Made by a program: the position numbers and the translations under genes
The notes under the pieces: model-generated
Database searches by the model: none
Seen by the model: the letters and a program-made list of their open reading frames with translations, nothing else
What the model was told of the DNA's origin: nothing
Shown here: positions 1 to 13,100 of the stretch, piece after piece
Numbering within the stretch: the stretch's first letter is position 1
How the letters are laid out: every line of letters starts with the position of its first letter
From: Dudresnaya verticillata
Taxonomy: Eukaryota
NCBI GenBank assembly: GCA_977862235.1
Contig: OZ374562.1
Span: 2,170,001 to 2,234,000, forward strand
Direction of reading: 5' to 3'
Length of the DNA: 64,000 nt

Positions 1-320
1 GTACGATGCAAGTAACGAAAATCCGCTTTTAAGCGTACACCTAAGAGGTAAACCTCTTGCAAAATGCGAGGCTCACTGGACACGATCACTTGTTTCAACG
101 ACAACGTCCCGAGACGAGCACCATATTCGGCCTCGTCGGCTGTACGGTATTGCCCTGCATCGAAATTGAAAAGGGGCGGCGTTAACGTCGACCCGGGATA
201 ACGCGTAAAGCGCCGATATGCGTCTGAGATGAACTGCGCGTGGACGTCCGCGCGCGATTGTCCCGCTCGCACCGAAAGCCACTGCACCGGAACCGCGCAG
301 CGCAACTTCTACCCTAACGT

Positions 321-614
321 CTAGACGACGAAAAGGGGCAGGCCCCCTGGCAAGAAACCGCTAGTAGCGTAATGGGAAACCAAATCGTCCTCACGCAAAG
401 CCTCCTGGTCAAACCAGGGGGCCCGCGCGAAGAAATACGCGTGATCGCGAGGATTCTTACCGAAGAAGTCGACAGGTGACGCGTACACCGGCGCGGCCGA
501 GGGTGCCGCCACTTGCATGCCATTGACGGTCGGAATCACGTCGAAGACGAGAATAGGTTCGCGCCGCTGGCGATGAATCCACAAACGTCGAAGACGACTC
601 GTATCCGGCGCCAA
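321..614 (-). CDS. Antisense ORF in the 3' internal region of LTR retrotransposon family A (function unknown)
   Basis: 97-aa ORF (NGMQVAAPSAAPVY...FGKNPRDH...HYATSGFLPGGLP) aligns by eye with the frameshifted minus-strand ORF at ~9340-9604 (NGIRVAASSTAPLY...FCKNPCDH...HYTISGFLPGDLP). Both lie a few hundred bp upstream of a 3' LTR. Confidence 0.5.
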   Translation of the reverse strand: MAPDTSRLRRLWIHRQRREPILVFDVIPTVNGMQVAAPSAAPVYASPVDFFGKNPRDHAYFFARAPWFDQEALREDDLVSHYATSGFLPGGLPLFVV

Positions 615-981
615 TGGGGAAAGTTCTCGAAGCGTGCGTCACAGACGATTACTGTCCAACGCCACTGGCGAAAACCTTACAAACGCACGTCAACGACGAT
701 TCAGTTACTACGCCTTAGGTGATACGCAAAGCAGGACGCCAACAGGCGAGGGAGTCAGAACGACGTCAACGACGGGGATCGCGAGGCGCCACAGGCGATG
801 ATATCGGCGTAGTGCAAGGGCACGCGGCACGCAGCACGGGCCAGGTTTCGCACGGCACAGCCGAAGTCGCAACACGCGCGCGCAGACACACGAAGACGAA
901 GCGCGGGCACGGGCACAGACGAGGGCAAACGCGCGGCGGCAGGTTGAGGGTCGGACGTGTTCGCGTTTTGGAGGAGGGTCG

Positions 982-1892
982 TGTGGTGCAAGGGGGGTGA
1001 GCCCCTTTTTTGCTGAAAGCGGAGCAACAAATACGTCGACCGACGAAGAAAGCGCCACCGGCGCTCACCACTGCCGTTGGCGCGCGGACATGTCATCGAC
1101 GGCTCACTGGGGCGCGGGCGCACGTTGCGCGCCGCGCGCCATGCGGGCACTGTACGGGGATGGGCCGACATGGCGCCCCTGGGCACTGTAACACGGATCC
1201 AGATGGGCTCCGGATCCGGTATCGAGATTGGCTATCTGGATCGCCTGCGCTGTAACGTACGCGCCTGTAAGGCTGCGAGTGTTCGCATTGCTGGCCCGGA
1301 TCCAGATGGGGATCGGGATCAGACAAGTATCGGATTAGATCAAGGGCGCACGCTCTACAGTACACGCGCGCGCAGAGCTCTAAGGCGCACGTGTCCCCGT
1401 GTGCGTGTAAGCGCCCACGCAGGGGTTTGCGCGGCAACCTTTCAGGCGCGCGGCTGCATGCGATGAGTGATCTGTCAGACGCGCCTCGGGACGACACGTG
1501 TCCCGAGTTCCCGCGCTACGCACACGCACCGCCGCCGCACCACCGTACTATACTTAGGTAAGCCGTCCCAGACGTAGCAGTAAACGCCCGGGAAAGCCGG
1601 CCTTGGTCCAGACTTCCCCGTTCCGCACGCGCTTACCCTACCGCTGTCTACGGCCTAAGCGTCTACCTCCCGTATTTCCACGTCTATCACCGTCCTTGAC
1701 ATGTTTCCCTTTTGTTTCCTTTCTGTTCCCTTTTTCCTTCCTTTCCGCCTCGGGCGTCTACAGTCCGCCCAAGGCGTGTCAACGGCTCTACCACAAGCCG
1801 CCCAAGGCGAGGCTACTCACCGCCACGGGCGACGCTACCCACCGAGTCCCGAACTGCTCGGCGGAGTTCCGTCTTCAGACGTTTGCACCACA
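982..1892 (+). mobile_element. 3' LTR of LTR retrotransposon family A, copy 1
   Basis: Starts TGTGGTGCAA (982-991) and ends with its exact reverse complement TTGCACCACA (1883-1892). Purine tract GGAGGAGGG just upstream. Homologous to 10033-10906. Its right end cuts the DIRS-like RNase H reading frame. Confidence 0.8.
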
Positions 1893-4800
1893 CTTCCACG
1901 AGAGCCAATGCCGCAGAAATGCGACGACACACAGTGTTCAACTTCCGGGAGCTCGAGAGGCCTTTGTGAAGCACTCCGAAGGCAACAGAGCTGTCAATCA
2001 GCAGCGCCACAGTGTGCCGACCGTGGCCGGGGAGAGGCGTATGTGGCGAACCGCTAACTATGCAGCTTCCGTTTCCAACACATCTATATGCTCGTTGTGT
2101 CGCCTCCATGGTGTTGAAATCGCCGTTTTGAAAGACGCTCGCGAGAGCGTTGCACGGAAAACGCGCGACACGGCCAAGAGATGACGACCAGCCAGAGGTC
2201 GAGCGACAAACACATCTCGCGAATCTTCCACGAGGGTACGGCTTTCCTTGAGTTGCAAGAAGGAGCACCATCCTTTTCGAATTTCGGTCTCTTGTATCAC
2301 AGAGAGAAAACGCGAGTGTTCGTGGGAGCCTTAATCACAATACGTGACGGCGCCCCCAGAGGGGCAGGTGTCGGTGGCGTACACGCGGCAGCTCTCCTTA
2401 TCGCGGAGGTCCATAAAAATCAAAGGGAAAAGGTCGAGCAACATTCCAAGCTCCAAAAAGTGCGAAGCAAAGAGGGGCGGCGTTTCATCGGACGGCCTAG
2501 AGGGACTAGGTCGTAAACAGGACTCATCGTCGATAGCAGACTCCGACAAAGCAAACAGGCCCCGATCCATTTTCCCAGTAATCTCTGCATCTCCCGAGGG
2601 CTCGGGGACCCCCGTGCGAGCATGTCCTGCGTGTCCTCTAACAAGCTCCGCGCAAAAGCTGGCTTGACGGTCAGGATGCCTACCGGCCACCACTAAAACC
2701 CTAAAGCAACCACCAGTGACCTACGAGAGGCGACTTGCCGATTTTTCGAAGCGTCGGGCAGGTTATGTTCGCCCAGTGTCTTAGCGAGCTTGGCAGATTC
2801 TCGATTCACCTATGCACGAAAACTTCCTACAGTGTTAATGTCGTCCAGGTACACCATCTGCACTTCGTTGTCACGGTGAAGCATGTTGGCCCCGTCGGAG
2901 CGCAGCAACCTCCCCTCCAGGCCCGAACTCCGTACCAGCTCCAGCGAAGCAGTTTGCGCAAGACTGACCGCAAAAGTGATGCCCATTGGGAGGCAACGCA
3001 GACATGGCACGACGAAATTGGAGCTAAGCAAGGTATCAACCTCCGAGGCCGCAACACGAGGCAGTCCGAGGAAAGGTATGAGGAAAGCCGGAACCTGCAG
3101 TCGGTTGTAAATTTGTGAGATATCACAGGAGGCCAACAAGAGCTGCTCGCCTTCTGGCAAACGGAGATCGACAAACAGATCCGGAGTGGGGAGATCAACT
3201 ACACTGGCCGCTGGGCGGCACAATTTGTTAGACCGCGTGCCCCCCTTATTAACCGCTGGCTGACTCCCGGTTCCTTCCACACACCAAACAGGGCGTTATC
3301 CACACCGGCGCACTTGGTTCCTTAAAACCGATCATTCCGCTGCACAACATCTTTCGAAGAAGTTCTGGATAGTGTCCCTGCTTCAACCCCAAGAAAACGT
3401 TTTCACCGGCTAACTCGGACCACGACGGCTGTTCCTCGGTGGGTAAGAGAAAATGTTCCTCGGTCAGTTTGTAGTAGTCCTCCGGGAAGAAAATGTCCCG
3501 GAGATCGGCAGTAGCGGCTTGGCCTGGGGCGGGTATTGCCGTTAGTCCGTGATCTAGGAGGCATTGATCGCCACTCTGCTTACCTGCCCCAGTGCAATAG
3601 CCTGCGCCCGCTGCCCGCTTGACCTCTGACTTTGTAAAGCGCTGCGCAGCCGCATTTAGCGCAACGGTACGCATTGCAGCGTCACCGAAGCCCTATGCCA
3701 CACAACCTCTAGGAGAATCTCTCTAAGATGCAGCTCCGTTGTAAGGCGTGTCAAGGCGACCAGATCCCAACCACCCTAGGGCGCGGCGGAGCCGAGGTTC
3801 CGTAGTTTCCTCGCTCGCGCAATTGCGAGCTGGAAGGGAACCTGATAGGCCATGATTCAAAATCTCTTTTACTGCTTCATCTGCCGGTGCGTTTGAGCCC
3901 GCTCGCCGCTCCCGATCTCCATGAACGCCATATTGGAGATCTCGAAGTCCGCTCTCTTCGAGCGTGCCACCGAGGTCACAGATTTCTCGATTGTGACGAG
4001 GTACCGCACGAGCTTCTCGACTGCTGTTGAACAGCACAGATGGTGGGGATGGAACTCGTCGAACAGGGACGCCATTGCTCGGCCGACCACGAGAACTGTG
4101 CAGGAGAGATGGCCGTCCCCATTTTCCTTCTCCGGTGATACTATCCTTGCCGCAAGTTTCTTCACATGCGCTTCCAGAGAGCCGTTGGTGAGCCAGCTCT
4201 CCACCTCGAAAGGGGCAACGCAGTTGGGCCCTCTGAGTGCCAGGCCCGACCTCCACTCTCGAGGTCGAAGCTGATGGAGACGGACATCGGTAAAGCGATC
4301 CCCGCAATCCTGTGGGGATATCTCCAGCCCACGTCCATGGCATACCTGGTCGCTCACTCTCTCCTGCTCCTGATATATGTCCAAAAATGCCTCAAGTTGG
4401 GAAGGGCTGAAAAATGATTGTGCAGCGGCTCATATAGTGCTACGGAGCCGGGCCCTCCGTGGCACAACACGCTCCCGAAACGTTTCGGTGCATGTCGATA
4501 TGCGCGTCGCTGCTTCCGGTTCAGCCCCTTCATGTCCGGCGGGAGAGAAACGCTTCCGTCCGAATCTTCGCCGGACGAAACATCATCCAGGGTGTCTGCC
4601 TCTGAGCCACCGGACGACCCAGAGCTTCGCCGCTTGCCGCCTGCCCTTCTCCCGCGCGTATCAGAAAAGATCGGCTCCCCCCGTGGCTTTGCACTTTCCC
4701 GTTCGTTTGGGGTTATTTGCCTTCTTGCGGCCCTGCCGGTGGCCAGACTTGGATGCGGGCCTCTGCTTCTCACACAATTCGTCAGCGCTTATCTACGCAC

Positions 4801-5255
4801 CTTCACCCGTGCTAGCGCGTGAGAATTCGATCTCCTGAACGCCTATTTTGTTCGAGCGAGCGGGATGAGCCTTCGTAGGGCCAGGCCTGACCGAAATTCC
4901 AACATTTCATAACAGGGTATCTAGCTCAGTGCGACACCTCGTAGCCTTTGGCGACGCCTCCCAAGAAGCACGTGACACAAACTTGGCAAGAACTGCGGCT
5001 TCATCCACATCCAAATCCTGTACTAAACCGGTAGACCAGTGCTTGGGGAAAAGAGACAGCTTGTATCCACCTGACATCCCAACAAACCGTCCGATGAACC
5101 CCTCGACAGTGTCCGCGGACGTCGCCTCTCTCCAAATTGAGAGCGGGCGCTTTGCAGCTGTCTTTGCCGCAAGTCACCGCACGGGGTTGACCCTTCCGCG
5201 TATTTCTCCGCTGCGGATTCCCTGCTCCTTGGTCATACCCAAGTACAGAAAAACG
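1893..5255 (-). mobile_element. Decayed DIRS-like (tyrosine-recombinase class) retrotransposon: gag-like region, RT and RNase H
   Basis: Frameshifted ORFs give RT motifs (CDISQIYNRL, LPMG, VYLDD at 2840-2851) and DIRS-type RNase H motifs (YATDTCPSGGA, HIDVLE, DSSVAFGVLHKGLSSSRKLN). The upstream gag-like ORFs at 3869-5255 are a weaker call. No protease or DDE integrase seen. Confidence 0.75.
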
Positions 5256-5269
5256 TTCTGTAGAATAAC

Positions 5270-5405
5270 CATTTATTCTTCCCATAGTTTGAGAAGTTGC
5301 ATCGTCACAAAAATGGTTTTATTGGGTGTGCCGCTCCCTGTTATCGTTCAACGTGGTGGCTGGCAAAGTCCTTGAATGGTCGTGAATGTCTATCGCAAGC
5401 GCTGA
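5270..5405 (+). pseudogene. C-terminal fragment of a tyrosine recombinase
   Basis: YSSHSLR...LLGVPLPVIVQRGGWQSP*MVVNVYRKR contains the HxxR motif, the GW motif and an in-frame Tyr (5391-5393) after a premature TGA at 5373. Confidence 0.65.
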
Positions 5406-6400
5406 ATGTGGACCACAGTTCCCGAAACTTGCTCCAGAGCTATTGAAAACATTCATGCATTCCTCCGAATTTCAGCAGGCGATGTTGGCCCACACGGCAT
5501 CTATCGGTGCTCAACATGAAGGCACAGACACAAGGGCACGGCATGCGTCCTCCGGTCTGGGTATTACTGATTCGAACGCTGAGATTAGTGCTTTGAAGAA
5601 GCCTTCCTCCCGCAGCAAGAGGTCGTCTTGGAAAAAGCCGGCGCCAGGTAGCAGCACCAGTCAAGTTGTTCTGTTGTGCTCTGCGATGGGAGCAGGCAAA
5701 TAAAGAGGCAAAGGAAGGAGAGGAAGGGGATCCGGAAGCAGGAGGGGGCGTTAACTCTGGGAGCTCGCATGCGGGGCTGTAGACTTGGGCAACAGGAAAA
5801 ATGAGATAAACAAGAAACATGCGGAGCTAGCGAATGGGAAAGTACAGTTGTTTGATTTCCAATGCACGTATTGTCAGAGCAAAGCAAGAAAACCGCAGCA
5901 AAGCGAGGCGGTGTAGAACGTCTCTGACTTCGAAATGGCGAGCATGGCTCCGCGACGGGCAGGCAGTATGTATATAGAACGCTTCGAAGCTTGCACCGGT
6001 GCCGTAGGTAGACAAAGTATCGTCAATCCACAAGGGCAGAAAGGCATTACACATACGCTGGATTGCAAGGGTGAGGCGGATGCAGGAAAAAACCGCCAGC
6101 AATACCTGGGCGTGCACAGTAGACGGTGGAAGGAGCACCGACGGCGAGAGCGGGTAAGGTTGACTCACACAGAAGCGTCAATCCAGGCATTAAGAAAAGC
6201 AAGCAGAGGCTGCGGTGTGGAGCGGATGACGGCGAATACAAGTTGCAGTGCCAAGCGAAAGGAGGAGCAGAACAACACGGGGATTAAGAGAGGAGCAGGC
6301 CGGCAAGCGGGGTTTGAAATCCGTGGTGCGCCGAAATGTGTGTGGCTTTTGTACCTGTTGGTCAGGACTACCGCTGTCGTTTTGCCCAGCTCCTGCTATG

Positions 6401-6474
6401 TTTAGAATGGACATGCCTGCTCCATGAGCGGGCATCCAGCATACGGATCCAGGAGTCGGCATGTCTATTCTAAA
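6401..6474. repeat. Short inverted repeat (17-bp arms)
   Basis: TTTAGAATGGACATGCC (6401-6417) pairs with GGCATGTCTATTCTAAA (6458-6474), with one G-T pair. Confidence 0.7.
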
Positions 6475-9339
6475 AATACTTGGACCAGATTCAATCGGCG
6501 TCTCGGATCACCAATAGGTTAATGCCAAGTTTAGGTTGAGACGTGATATGGGCCAGAGCATTGGAGATGCTTTAAGTCCAAGAACGCTTGGAAGTTTCTG
6601 GCCTCACGTCTCGACAAGGTCGAGTTCGCCAAAAAATCCACGATGTATTCCCATAGCCATGCAAATGCGACGTTGACCACCCAAACGCTGTAGAAGATGG
6701 TCCACCATGGAACATACGGATCCACTCTCAGCTCTCACCCAAGGTAAGTAACGAAATGGACAGCGCAACTCCGAACCCTTCGCATATTTCAAAGTCACGC
6801 CATAGCGGCGGCACCCGTATGAAACAGTTCGGAGCCTTACAATAGTACTACACTAGATGCGATCAACGTGCATATCTTGATACGGGACAAAGACGACCTT
6901 CGGACGACTTGACTCACACTCCCAACGGTAACGACGCTCCCAAAAGAACATGCCAGTGCGATGGAGGTAGTGGAAACCCGCTTTTAAGCATACACCCTGG
7001 AGGAAGGCCTCCTGCAACACTCGTGGCTCAGCCGTACAGGGCCACCTTCACCACACTGCGGCAGTCATGTTTTTAACACGGGAAGGCCGTGGCTACGGTG
7101 AGCGTGGTCTTGATTCATGCCTCCACCGTCGAGTCTCCGTGGTGAAAACCCAAGCGGATAGACGAACTGAACACTAGATTAGGGCCATTGTGGGAGAGGC
7201 TCGGTGGGTGCGGCGGCAACCGCAGCGTTAGCAGTAACCGAGCCCTACGATCCGGTGGTTACGGGATGGAATGCTGTTGAGGCGTCGGGCAGTTCGGTTG
7301 CGTCAGGCGGGGTGGCGGAGTCGGGCGGTGCAGCGGCGGCGGTAGTTGGTATGAAACAAACGGCTCGCTCCATTGCCAAGGTTGAGTAGGCCGATCTTGT
7401 GCGCGGGCTATTCGGGATCGTCAGAAGAGGTTGTCTTATTCTTGGAATCGGACGGGATGCTGCGGCGATTGCGTTGTGTAGTATAGATGCGAGCACCCCG
7501 TAAGCAGCGGTTGTAACGGGATGCTCACCCTGCACTGTAATGGTATGCAAGACAACAACCGCTGGCGATTCGTATTTGAACAGCGCAACCTATCACAAGA
7601 AGACACCTTAATTATTCGCTTACAGAACATCAAGACGTCTAGTCTAGGATTTTGAATTCGCGGTGGAAATCTGAGCCGTTTTGATTTGAAAGAGGAAACT
7701 CTGGAGCCACTTACAGGAACTGCTCCTGAGCCATGTTCTAGGCCTTGATTCTTACATAGCTGACAACCCGCTACAGAAACAGATTTTTATAGAAACAGAT
7801 TTTTCACTGTCGTATATGTCTCACAGCCTCCATAGGGGACTATCGGAGAGCCTTGAATTCGCGTGGAGGCCTCAAGCGCGAAGAGGATCTGCACAGCAAA
7901 CTGTCTCAGACTTCCTGTTGATTTGGTACGTCTTACGGGGCATAGGAAGTTAGGAAGTTCTCCTTTCGCAACAGGAACCTAATAGAGCTCCAAAAGAAGC
8001 TCTGCCAATTTCTGGAGCAGTATTTGCGTGGCGTAGAGGGCTCAGTGAAGGCATCTAGGTCACACAAGCAACAACAGCTGAGCCATTACCCTTCCCATCA
8101 TCTTCGCCTCCCTTCCCTATTGTAGTATAACTCTGAGCACCGCATCAGCAGCGGCTGTAAGGGAGTGTGCAGCTGCGCTGTACACTGGAATCATGCGCAT
8201 GACGACGCCAGCTGGTAAGTCGTTCCAGTGCAGCGAACCTGTTAGCTTCTTCTTTGATTCTAGAGATCGGGCGATCACCTTGTTGTCGGCAGCGGGCGCG
8301 TACTGTACCACACACGGCGCTCCCAGTGCCGCACTACGGTATTGAGCCATTGAAAGGACAGCTGCCCGTTACGCCCTGCGTGCACCCACGGTTAGCCGCT
8401 ACTCCGACATGTGGACACGTGTATGGGTGCGGACGCAGACCTCCCGAGATAGTGCCAAATGGGCGTATTCGCTGTAGCAGTAACCGTTGACGTCCCCTAT
8501 TGTAGGTTATTTAAGGCCAGCAGCCGTCGAAGGCTTAGTAAATTGGGCAAGCAAGAGCTCACGCTGAAGCTTGCCACCGATCTTTTGGGTTCAATCCATT
8601 AGTTTTCTTCGCCATCGGGCGGTTCCCTTTTCCTTTACCTCGCGAGGCTTCCTTTCCTTCCTTCCTTTTCCCCTCGGCTTCGTGCCGCCGTTTGACAGGG
8701 ACACTGGCATCCGGCCGCTATCTACTCCCATATGGTATGCCGCGTGAGCGCTCCGGCATCGACGCAGTTGATACGTGTCTGTGCGGCGCACGCGGCCGAC
8801 ACCGTTCTAGCACAAAGCTACCCAGGGACAGGTCGATGTGGCGGCTTGGAAGCAGCGTACGCTAGACGCCAGATCGACCTGACTTCTGTGCTAGAAGTTG
8901 GTGGCCTGGACGGCAGAGGGGTATGAAGGGGTTTATGTGGAAAAAAGTAACGAAGTCCTGCATAAAAACGCTACAAATATATTGTAGCGCGCGCGTACGC
9001 AGCCATATACGTGACGGGAAAGGTGGGTGCGGCTCGCGTTCCGCGTTCCGCGTCACCTCGTGCGTTGAAGTACCGTGGACGTACTGCCGGCGTCACACTC
9101 ACATGGGCCAGCGAAAAAGTCGCTAGACGGTTAGATGGTGCCCATACTCTACCTCGCCGCTTCTGGACAATTTGCCCCATTTCCAACTCTAGGATGGTCC
9201 GAACGGGTTCCACCCTCGGTTGGGGGGTGAAGAGCCGGTATATGTCAGTGACGAACGAGTGAGGGCCTCCGCGGGTGTTTGGCGCGAATTATTATACAGC
9301 CAACCCTGCGGAATGTCACAGCGTAAATTCCACTCTCGC

Positions 9340-9604
9340 GCCCAAATGACGGCCATGGGGAGATCTCCCGGCAAGAACCCACTAATAGTATAATGACAGA
9401 TGTGTTACCCGTTTCGGTCCGGGGTTTCTTTTGCTCAAACTGGGGGCCCCGTGAAAACAGATGCGGGTGGTCACAAGGATTCTTACAGAATAACTCGAAC
9501 AGTATCAGGTACAGGGGCGCCGTTGATGAAGCCGCTACCCGGATGCCATTGAACTCGGACATCAAATCCACAAATACAACGGGTACGTCAACGACGAGGA
9601 TCAA
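9340..9604 (-). pseudogene. Frameshifted second copy of the family A antisense ORF
   Basis: Protein-level similarity to 321-614 continues across a frameshift near 9410. Confidence 0.55.
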
Positions 9605-10032
9605 GTAACGCCACAGGCGGGGTTAATATATTACGAATGTTGAATACGAGTGAATAATAAAGCTACGGGCAGTTTATTGCGTTATTATTATTATTACTGC
9701 CTGGCGGTGGAAAATCGGCTCCTTTGCACTGGCAATCGTCAACGAAGCAAGGTAGGCAACGCGTACTCGAGGAATGCACGACGAAGCGCCACGCAGTAAT
9801 CCAATCGTCCAGCGGTAAGCAAGCTTCGTCAATGAAGATAGATGTGGAACGGCATCACCTACGGAACATGCGTCCGTACGCAGGCACGCGTGATAGACTG
9901 GTTGAAGTTGACACAAACGCCGCAGTTGGGGACAGAAATGCCGGCAGCGGACGGACACAACAAACGCGCAGCACAAACGAGAAGGTTGACGTTGCAAACG
10001 GCGGACGTGTTCGCGCTGAGCGAAGGTGGCCA

Positions 10033-10906
10033 TGTGGTACAAGTCGGTGGTCGGTCCCTTTTCGCTGCAAGTGGAGTTAGGAATCATCGAGAGAAGGTTA
10101 GATCTCGCCTGGGGAGAACAAAAGCGCCACTAGCGCGAACAAGGCACTCTACCGCGTTTCTTGTGCGCGTTTGGCCGAATATGCCCGCCACCGTACGGAC
10201 GGTCACACTTCACCCGCCATGCACACCTCGTTGGTACTGTATTTACGTGCATTGCCTGCGTGGGAATGTGTGACACGGGAGCTACATGCAATCACACGAC
10301 ACGTGGTCCTCAGCATGCCATGCGCCACCCCCGGCCGGATCCCGATTGAAATCGGGATCGACCGCAGTATCAGGCGCATAAGCACTTGAAAGGAGGATGT
10401 GGCTATGTGGATACGGAGTTACTCCCCCCGGACACGGGTGCGCGGTACGGTTCGGTTAGGGGTCAATGGGTGCATCTTCGACGACTTGTCAGACGCAGAG
10501 GCTCACGATAGGCGTCCCTCGTACTCGCGCATCTGCCCCACCATCGTCACCCTCCAAACTGCGCCACTACGATTGATTACCTCGGTAGGCCGCCAGGGGA
10601 AACTTATTAAACACAGGCAACCCGGGCTAGGACCTGAATGCCCCTTCCGCTCGTGCGTCCCGCTCTCATCATTAAGCTTGGCCGCAGAGTCAGTCTGCCC
10701 GTGCTTCCCCTTCTGCCTTCGTCGCAGACGTGATTCTATTAGTTTGTTTGTCGAACTTTCCGTGTTCTACATTTATTCCGCCCGAGGCGTTTAAAGTCCG
10801 CCAGCGGTGTGATCATCGCTCTACCAACGACACTGTCTCAAACGCGCTTCCCGTGAGGCACCCGAACTGCCCGGACGTGCTCTCTGTCTCCGACGTTTGC
10901 ACCACA
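10033..10906 (+). mobile_element. 3' LTR of LTR retrotransposon family A, copy 2 (diverged)
   Basis: TGTGGTACAA...TTGCACCACA termini. Shares blocks with copy 1 in the U5-like region (CCCGAACTGC...GACGTTTGCACCACA) and just upstream (CGGACGTGTTCGCG). Confidence 0.75.
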
Positions 10907-11560
10907 GTGAATTCTCGACTACGGGCGAGCCGGCAAATGATCGTCGGGAATGCGTTCTCTGGCGAACTCGCTCCAGAACCAAAGCGGAGTGCAGTGGAAC
11001 AGTAATACTATACACCTTACTGGAGCCTGCCCCACCTTCCATTCGGAGTCAAGTAGTTGATTTAATTGAATTGGGTAATTCCAATGATGTTGTACAAAGA
11101 GTATTTTCGTGCCGATCAATGAGAATGTCGATCATGCCCGCAGCGGTGGCCGGGACTAGCAGGGCCGGACCCACCTGATGGACTAGATCCATCCGGGTGT
11201 GGCCCATATGGACCGGGCCGCGGAGCATATCTCACACTATATCAACGTGTGGCCACCGCGAACGTTACAGTAAAAGCACAAGCAACCCTGGGCAAAGCGC
11301 TTTACCCTAAGTCTGACCCACGCCAGTCCCGTTCACGGATTCCTCGATCTCCGTCTCGGCGTAACTGCCCCGGCACTGTACCATCCCCCCTTGTGTGTTG
11401 TTTCCCTTTACTCCATACAGGTGTTTCGGCTTGCGGTACTCCATTCGGTTTACGAAGTAAGCCTTACCGCACCTATTGAGTGGGTGATATTCCGCATGGG
11501 GATTGCTTGGTCAGCTATATTTAACAGTGTGCTTCTCACTATACCACATCTTTCTCGACA
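10907..11560 (+). mobile_element. Fragment of LTR family B, apparently interrupted by the family A element
   Basis: Co-linear similarity to the reverse complement of ~30840-31500 (for example AAGCGGAGTGCAG, CAAGTAGTTGATTT, GGGCCGGACCCACC, CCCTGGGCAAAG). Confidence 0.7.
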
Positions 11561-12363
11561 GTCTAACTAATCTCGGTCGCTACCTGGAAGACAGAGAGGG
11601 GTTGGAGTATCCAAGCGGGAGCGATGGAATTCAGGACAGGTGCCCCATGGGGGGCTGACATCTGACAGCCTGCCAAATTTGCAGGCCGGGCATTTGCGGC
11701 CGCGCGCACGCCTCAGCACCACCTTGCATGTCACTACACATTTATAAGACAAACGTAAAGCGAATGTCCGATCTTCAGCACGTTGGCAGCTACCCTACTG
11801 TATAATTGCGCCATACGACACGTACTGTCCGAAGTCGCGACACGCGCAGTCACCCTTCATGGTGCACGTCTAGCGTACGCTTGCGCTCAGCCTGGCATAG
11901 CCGAAACGATAAACACTTGCGACAGTTCTACGTGGGGGTTTTGGCACGAAATTCTCGTTTTCGTACACCATAAGCGAAGCCAGATACCGCGAGGGGTTAC
12001 CACCCGGGTCCCGCTCATAACTGTCATCAGCTGTGGGAAAACGCCCAAGGCAATAGATATACATCCAAGACGGTATATCAGCCCCTATGGAGGCATAAGG
12101 CGGGTACTACAATACCATCTATGAAAAGGAAGAAGCAAAACGGGTTCCCGCCTGGTCCTGGTTTAAAACGTCAAAGACGGGGAAAAAGTTTAAGACGGTA
12201 TTCATCCATCTGGGAATATCATTAGCACCAGTTGGGAAGTGAAATTTACACTTCTCTTAGTTCGTAGGCCGAAGGAACTATCGTAATCGACAAACAAGGA
12301 GAAAATGGAAGCAACTAACAAGGATAATGGAACAGTTCCGAGACAGCTACACCAAGACGACGG

Positions 12364-13100
12364 TGTAGCGCGAAACGTCGAAGACCGGGGGCACGTCCGG
12401 GTAGTTGGGAAGCCAGGTGGGTAGCACGTCTGGCACTGTATGGGTGGTAGAGCGGTGATCGCGCCGCATGCGGACTGTAAACGCCTCGGGCATCGGACTA
12501 GACGTAAAAGCAAGGATAAAAAGCAATAAACAAGCGCAAAGAAGCACTTCGAGGACGAATGTAGACATCGAAGCACCAGAAAACTGACAGTTAGGCTGAA
12601 CGTAGCGGTAAGGATAATACGTGTGGCATAGACGTCGGGTCCAACTGTCTTCTAGGGCTGCCTGATCCGAAGCCGCAAACGCAGATCCATCGATGGGCGG
12701 TATAGTAGCTTGGTGGTAGAGCGGGGTTTCGGCCGCGCCGACACCGCCGACGATCGCGAATCTGACGACGCCAAAGCCTCAGCGCGCAGGCCCGTACCTT
12801 ATGCGGGCGGCAGGGGCCGGACCGCGGCGTCCCCGTCACGCGGCGGTACAAATACAACGGTGGAAAAGGAAATAGGAAAACATAGACGGCTAGGGAAAAA
12901 GGGGAACACGTAGGGCAAATAGAAATGGATCAAACCAGAAGAGAAAGGGGCACGCTACAGCGTACGCCGGTGCTTGTCTTTTTTACATACCCATCAGAGT
13001 CAGCTATCCTTAAATAGGGAAACTACAAGGCCGCAGGAGAACCAAACCGTTTGGTGCTCCGGCGCGCCTAGACACGTGTCCCCAAGTACGGATAATGACT
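12364..13100 (-). mobile_element. LTR fragments related to family A, inverted
   Basis: The reverse complement of 12364-12500 matches the family A U5 end (CCCGAGGCGTTTACAGTCCGC...GCTCTACCA...GACGTTT...CTACA). A TATTTAAGG followed by a pyrimidine-rich tract lies near 13010. Right boundary approximate. Confidence 0.5.
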
